This document shows, one piece after another, positions 60,375 through 64,000 of a stretch of 64,000 nucleotides of DNA. Positions within the stretch are counted from its first letter, which is position 1. Every line of letters starts with the position of its first letter. Origin of the DNA: an uncultured delta proteobacterium (GTDB taxonomy: Bacteria > Desulfobacterota > Desulfuromonadia > Desulfuromonadales > BM103); contig CAVQRZ010000023.1 in NCBI GenBank assembly GCA_963715335.1, forward strand, positions 119,541-183,540, given 5' to 3'. The translations under genes and the position numbers were made by a program. The notes beneath the pieces were generated by a model that was given only the letters and a program-made list of their open reading frames with translations, searched no databases and had not been told where the DNA came from.

Positions 60375-61592
60375 TCACTCGAAGCACTGCTTTACTTTCT
60401 TGATAAACTTATTCAAACGAACAGCCACATTTGCAATTCTGCCAAATGTTCTACTACCTTTGAGCTTATAGCAGAGTTTTTCAACATTATCCGCTGCAAT
60501 TGCAGCGGAAACAGCATTATTATCAGTATCTGTTTCGCCCCTATATATCTTATAAATAGATGATATGCTTAGGTTTATATCAGTATGATACGGGTGATAG
60601 GTTTTTGGCTTGACCGAATGGATCTTTTCATAAAACTTCTCCAAAGAATCGATCGAAGCTTCCCACCTCCACTCTTGAGCTGTCTTTAGGCCATTCTTCT
60701 TGAGGTTTTCGTACAATTTTTTATCACTGATCAACAAACGCAAAGCATCCGCTGCTGCAGAGACATCACCAGGTTTAACCACCAGAGCATTTTGTCCATC
60801 AACAATGTACTCATCATATCCTGTTACTTCTGCAACAACCGACACCCCTCCACACGCCATCATTTCCATCGGGGGACCGAAAAAACCTTCTACCTTACTT
60901 AGCTTTAAAAGAATATCGCAGCTGGAGTACACCTCTCTCATTTTATGCATGGGAACATGTTCAAAAAATCTGTCACACCTCCATCCAGGCTTAGGTTTCC
61001 CGTGAGAGCTAACACACCACACTTCTGCGTCAAGCGACTTGACTGCCTGAAAAGCTTCTTCCATCCCCTTGTACGGCAAACCTATTGCACCCTCTAATAG
61101 AATCCTAGGTTTCGACCCTTTGGGTTCGAGAGGCTGGCAAGGGAAAAACAAATTTTCATCAAGACCATTAGGGACTAATTGAGATTGTTTATTGAAATTA
61201 CCAAGAAGCCAGCTCTGAATCCATCTTGCCTCTGTTAGGAAATGAAAATCAAAACAGTATGTTAGGGCAGTGAGATGGTGCCAGATACTACCTCTCGGGT
61301 GAAATCGAGTCTCGTCTGATTGCACAAAATAACATTTACTTTGTGCAGGAAGCCCTGCAACACGAAAAGTTGTCGACCAAGATGTAGCAACAAGGATATC
61401 TACATTCTCCGGGTAACTCTTTAAACCAAAAACGGGGACATCTTGCCCAGGGAACCAAGACATATCACTCAGAGGCGTCTCGCTAACGAGGATGACATCA
61501 TGCCCTCTTTTTAAGAGTCGATTAGCATGCTGGCAGACCACAGCAATACCACCTGACACCTCACAACCAGGGATTAGATAAGCTATTTTCAT
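60375..61592 (-). CDS. GT4 glycosyltransferase
   Basis: MKIAYLIPG..VSGGIAVV, YFVQSDE, EGFFGPPMEMMACG. Confidence 0.88.
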   Translation of the reverse strand: MKIAYLIPGCEVSGGIAVVCQHANRLLKRGHDVILVSETPLSDMSWFPGQDVPVFGLKSYPENVDILVATSWSTTFRVAGLPAQSKCYFVQSDETRFHPRGSIWHHLTALTYCFDFHFLTEARWIQSWLLGNFNKQSQLVPNGLDENLFFPCQPLEPKGSKPRILLEGAIGLPYKGMEEAFQAVKSLDAEVWCVSSHGKPKPGWRCDRFFEHVPMHKMREVYSSCDILLKLSKVEGFFGPPMEMMACGGVSVVAEVTGYDEYIVDGQNALVVKPGDVSAAADALRLLISDKKLYENLKKNGLKTAQEWRWEASIDSLEKFYEKIHSVKPKTYHPYHTDINLSISSIYKIYRGETDTDNNAVSAAIAADNVEKLCYKLKGSRTFGRIANVAVRLNKFIKKVKQCFE

Positions 61593-61610
61593 TTTTCCTA
61601 CTTTATAAAA

Positions 61611-62319
61611 GGGGCTGTCCTAGATAACTGAATTTCGTCTAGGATATCAGCATGCGTAAAAGTCGTTTAAGTCAGCTCAAGCAACAACGCTTAATAGAGC
61701 TCTTTATCTCAGGCTCAACAGCTCGAACAGCGGCGGCCCTGGTTGACGTTAACAGAAACACTGCAGCCTACTATTTTCACCGGTTGCGCCAACTTATTTT
61801 TCAGGCCGTTGAAGATGAAACGCTCTTCTCTGGCGAGATCGAAGTTGATGAAAGTTATTTCGGTGGCAGACGCAAGGGCAAAAGAGGCCGAGGCGCTGCC
61901 GGTAAAATTCCTGTATTTGGCCTGTTAAAGCGTGGTGGCAAGGTTTACACCAAGATAATTCCGGATGTAAAAGCTGCCACTCTTATGCCAATAATCGGGG
62001 AAAAAATACATCCAGATAGTATAGTTTATTCAGACTCACTGCAGAGTTATAACGTGCTTGATGTTTCTGACTTTCAACACTATCGAATTAACCATAGCGA
62101 GTTGTTTGCAGATAAAAAGAATCACATCAACGGAATTGAGAATTTTTGGAATCAGGCCAAGCGTCACTTGCGTAAATTCAATGGCATTCCTAGGGATCAT
62201 TTTCACCTGTATTTAAAGGAATGTGAGTGGCGATTTAACAACCCGGATCCAATGCAACAATTAAAACAGTTAAAACAATTAGTTAAAGACAACATTTCCT
62301 AGTTATCTAGGACAGCCCC
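61611..62319 (+). mobile_element. IS1595-family, IS1016-group insertion sequence (709 bp)
   Basis: Perfect 19-bp TIR GGGGCTGTCCTAGATAACT / AGTTATCTAGGACAGCCCC; 8-bp direct repeat TTATAAAA at 61603..61610 and 62320..62327. Confidence 0.96.
61652..62302 (+). CDS. IS1016-like DDE transposase
   Basis: MRKSRLSQ, EVDESYFGG, GRGAAGK, IVYSD, NHINGIENFW, YLKECEWRFN. Confidence 0.95.
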   Translation: MRKSRLSQLKQQRLIELFISGSTARTAAALVDVNRNTAAYYFHRLRQLIFQAVEDETLFSGEIEVDESYFGGRRKGKRGRGAAGKIPVFGLLKRGGKVYTKIIPDVKAATLMPIIGEKIHPDSIVYSDSLQSYNVLDVSDFQHYRINHSELFADKKNHINGIENFWNQAKRHLRKFNGIPRDHFHLYLKECEWRFNNPDPMQQLKQLKQLVKDNIS

Positions 62320-62445
62320 TTATAAAATAAGTCTGATTAACATTATTTACAAAGGGGCTAAGGCATTGACTGCGTGGTAGTATATGTGATACACCTTAAT
62401 ATTTTTCTTAAAGAATAACGGATATTAAGCAACTTTTGTAGCAAA

Positions 62446-63375
62446 TCAATACGGTGCGTCCTCGGCTTCTCGAGAATTCGGGAATATCCCCGACTCTATG
62501 CCTTGTAAAATAGCCTTAAATGCGTTTACTGAATCAAGGAGTCACGGAGCCCTCTTACAGCCACTCTCGGCAATCTCAGTTCGTTCTATTGGGTTTGAGA
62601 GGTAATATGAAACAGCCTCATTCAACTCTTGTGGTGAAGTTATTTCCACATAATCAACATTGGGCCTAAGAATGGGATTGGGTGTTATTTTCTCACTAAC
62701 AACAAAGGCTCCAGCTGAAAGGAGCATTGCATCTAGGCTCCCAAGATATTTCATTTTCTGCATGAACATTAAGGCATATTTTAGCTTTGTGAAGATATTC
62801 AACAAGCGCCTTCCCCCATACTCCATGGGCAATATGTAAAAAGTTGTAATGATGTTTTAGTTGGCCAAAATATTTTTCACGATGATCCGTACTTCTGCCT
62901 ACAAAAAAAGGTCCCACTCCTTATCCGCTTTATCAACAGACTTTGGTGCATATGTTTTAGTTGCTACAGGGAATGGAAATGCCCAGAAAGGTGTAATCCA
63001 CTTTCGACAGGAACGGAAGTAGGCCTCATCATAATGAAAGACATAATCAAAAGCCTTGCCCCCTATCGCTCTGAAATTCAATAACGTTCGAGGGAATCAA
63101 AAGTATATTCAAGGCGTCTATCTATATACCGAGGGAATGGTTCACTGGAAAGGCAGACTTTAACACCTCTCAGGCGCGTTAAAACCTCCTCAGGAAAAAA
63201 CTCACCTCGGAAAAAAATATTATAATCTGCATCATAAACTTCTAAGTCTTTAAATGCATCAGCACTCATACCAAAGTTAAAAGGAAATTCTTTAACATAA
63301 GCGATAGCATCTTCGTCATTCTCATATATAAATCTGAAGTACTCCGGTTGAGATATAAAAGCTATTTTCTTTCAC
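62446..63375 (-). CDS. CgeB-like (Glyco_trans_1_2) glycosyltransferase, multiply frameshifted; ends approximate
   Basis: Fragments KKIAFISQPEYFRF, FVGRSTDHRE, AKICLNVHAE..SWEPR, GAFVVSE, ERTEIAESG in successive frames. Confidence 0.65.
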
Positions 63376-64000
63376 TTCATTAGTTCCGATTTTTTCTTAA
63401 TGAGGCTATCGCGCGTAGAGGTTTTGTAATTCTCAGGATCGAGACCCTTCGTATTGTTCACAAGTCATTTTCAAACGATGATTATAATCAGCAATAAGTT
63501 CATCAGCTTTTTTTATTTTTTCCTCAAACTCATTTGTACGATTAATTAGTAATAGATCTGTGAAAAGCGAGCCCCTAAAGAACTATAAAATGCGCAAATT
63601 CTTTGCTTTTCAATCTCAGAAGAGTCACAAAGATTTATAATTGGCTGTGGAATGTCTTTACCAACGCACAGGATCCCAAGTCCATATCCATGAGCAAACT
63701 CGAATGATGGATATGATTCCTAATTTCACCCCAAAACTTCCAAACCCCAAACCCCTCACTTCTCACAGCTATATCATGAAACAGAACGACGCCAAATTCA
63801 GACATCTTTGGGAACCAACTTTCAAAATCATGCTTTACTGCTTCGTAAGTAAGACCATCAATATGAAGTAGATCTACGGAGGAGTCCTGATTGTATCAAC
63901 GCTTCATCAAAGGTTGCACGAAGGAGTGCGAAAATTGAGCGTATTGTGGGTCATGATAGTTCTTTAGGTCTTGATAAACCTCATTACCATAATAACCGGC
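63373..64000 (-). CDS. Class I SAM methyltransferase (Methyltransf_24-like), partial and frameshifted
   Basis: Pieces [57 protein letters not shown] read on the minus strand. Confidence 0.65.

Overview
Mostly minus-strand chromosomal window from a GC-rich bacterium, probably Desulfuromonadales (inferred from gene set, gene order and the tmRNA tag ADTDVRYALAA). Left end: a SynChlorMet-type RiPP cassette with two PqqD/RRE-like proteins, two radical SAM/SPASM enzymes (ScmE, ScmF) and a Cys/Gly-repeat precursor. Middle: housekeeping genes (lrgAB, DUF512, hfq-miaA-mutL, pgi, ssrA-smpB, panB-panC-panP behind a pan-motif-like attenuator, large NAD-GDH, rsmA, tsaD, PIN-PhoH, nrdJ with NrdR boxes, relA-rpoZ-gmk-yicC). 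Right end: an AT-rich surface-glycan locus interrupted by an intact IS1016-like element with an 8-bp target duplication. Two unexplained repeat systems stand out. (i) Heptamer tandem-repeat inverted repeats sit at about a dozen gene junctions; one brackets a four-helix-bundle (23S rRNA IVP/Avd-like) gene in a ~47-bp stem and has been absorbed into the gmk reading frame. (ii) A ~415-bp hairpin-ended element occurs twice in opposite orientation. Many single-base frameshifts in conserved genes are probably sequencing errors. All family assignments are by motif recognition; no searches were run.
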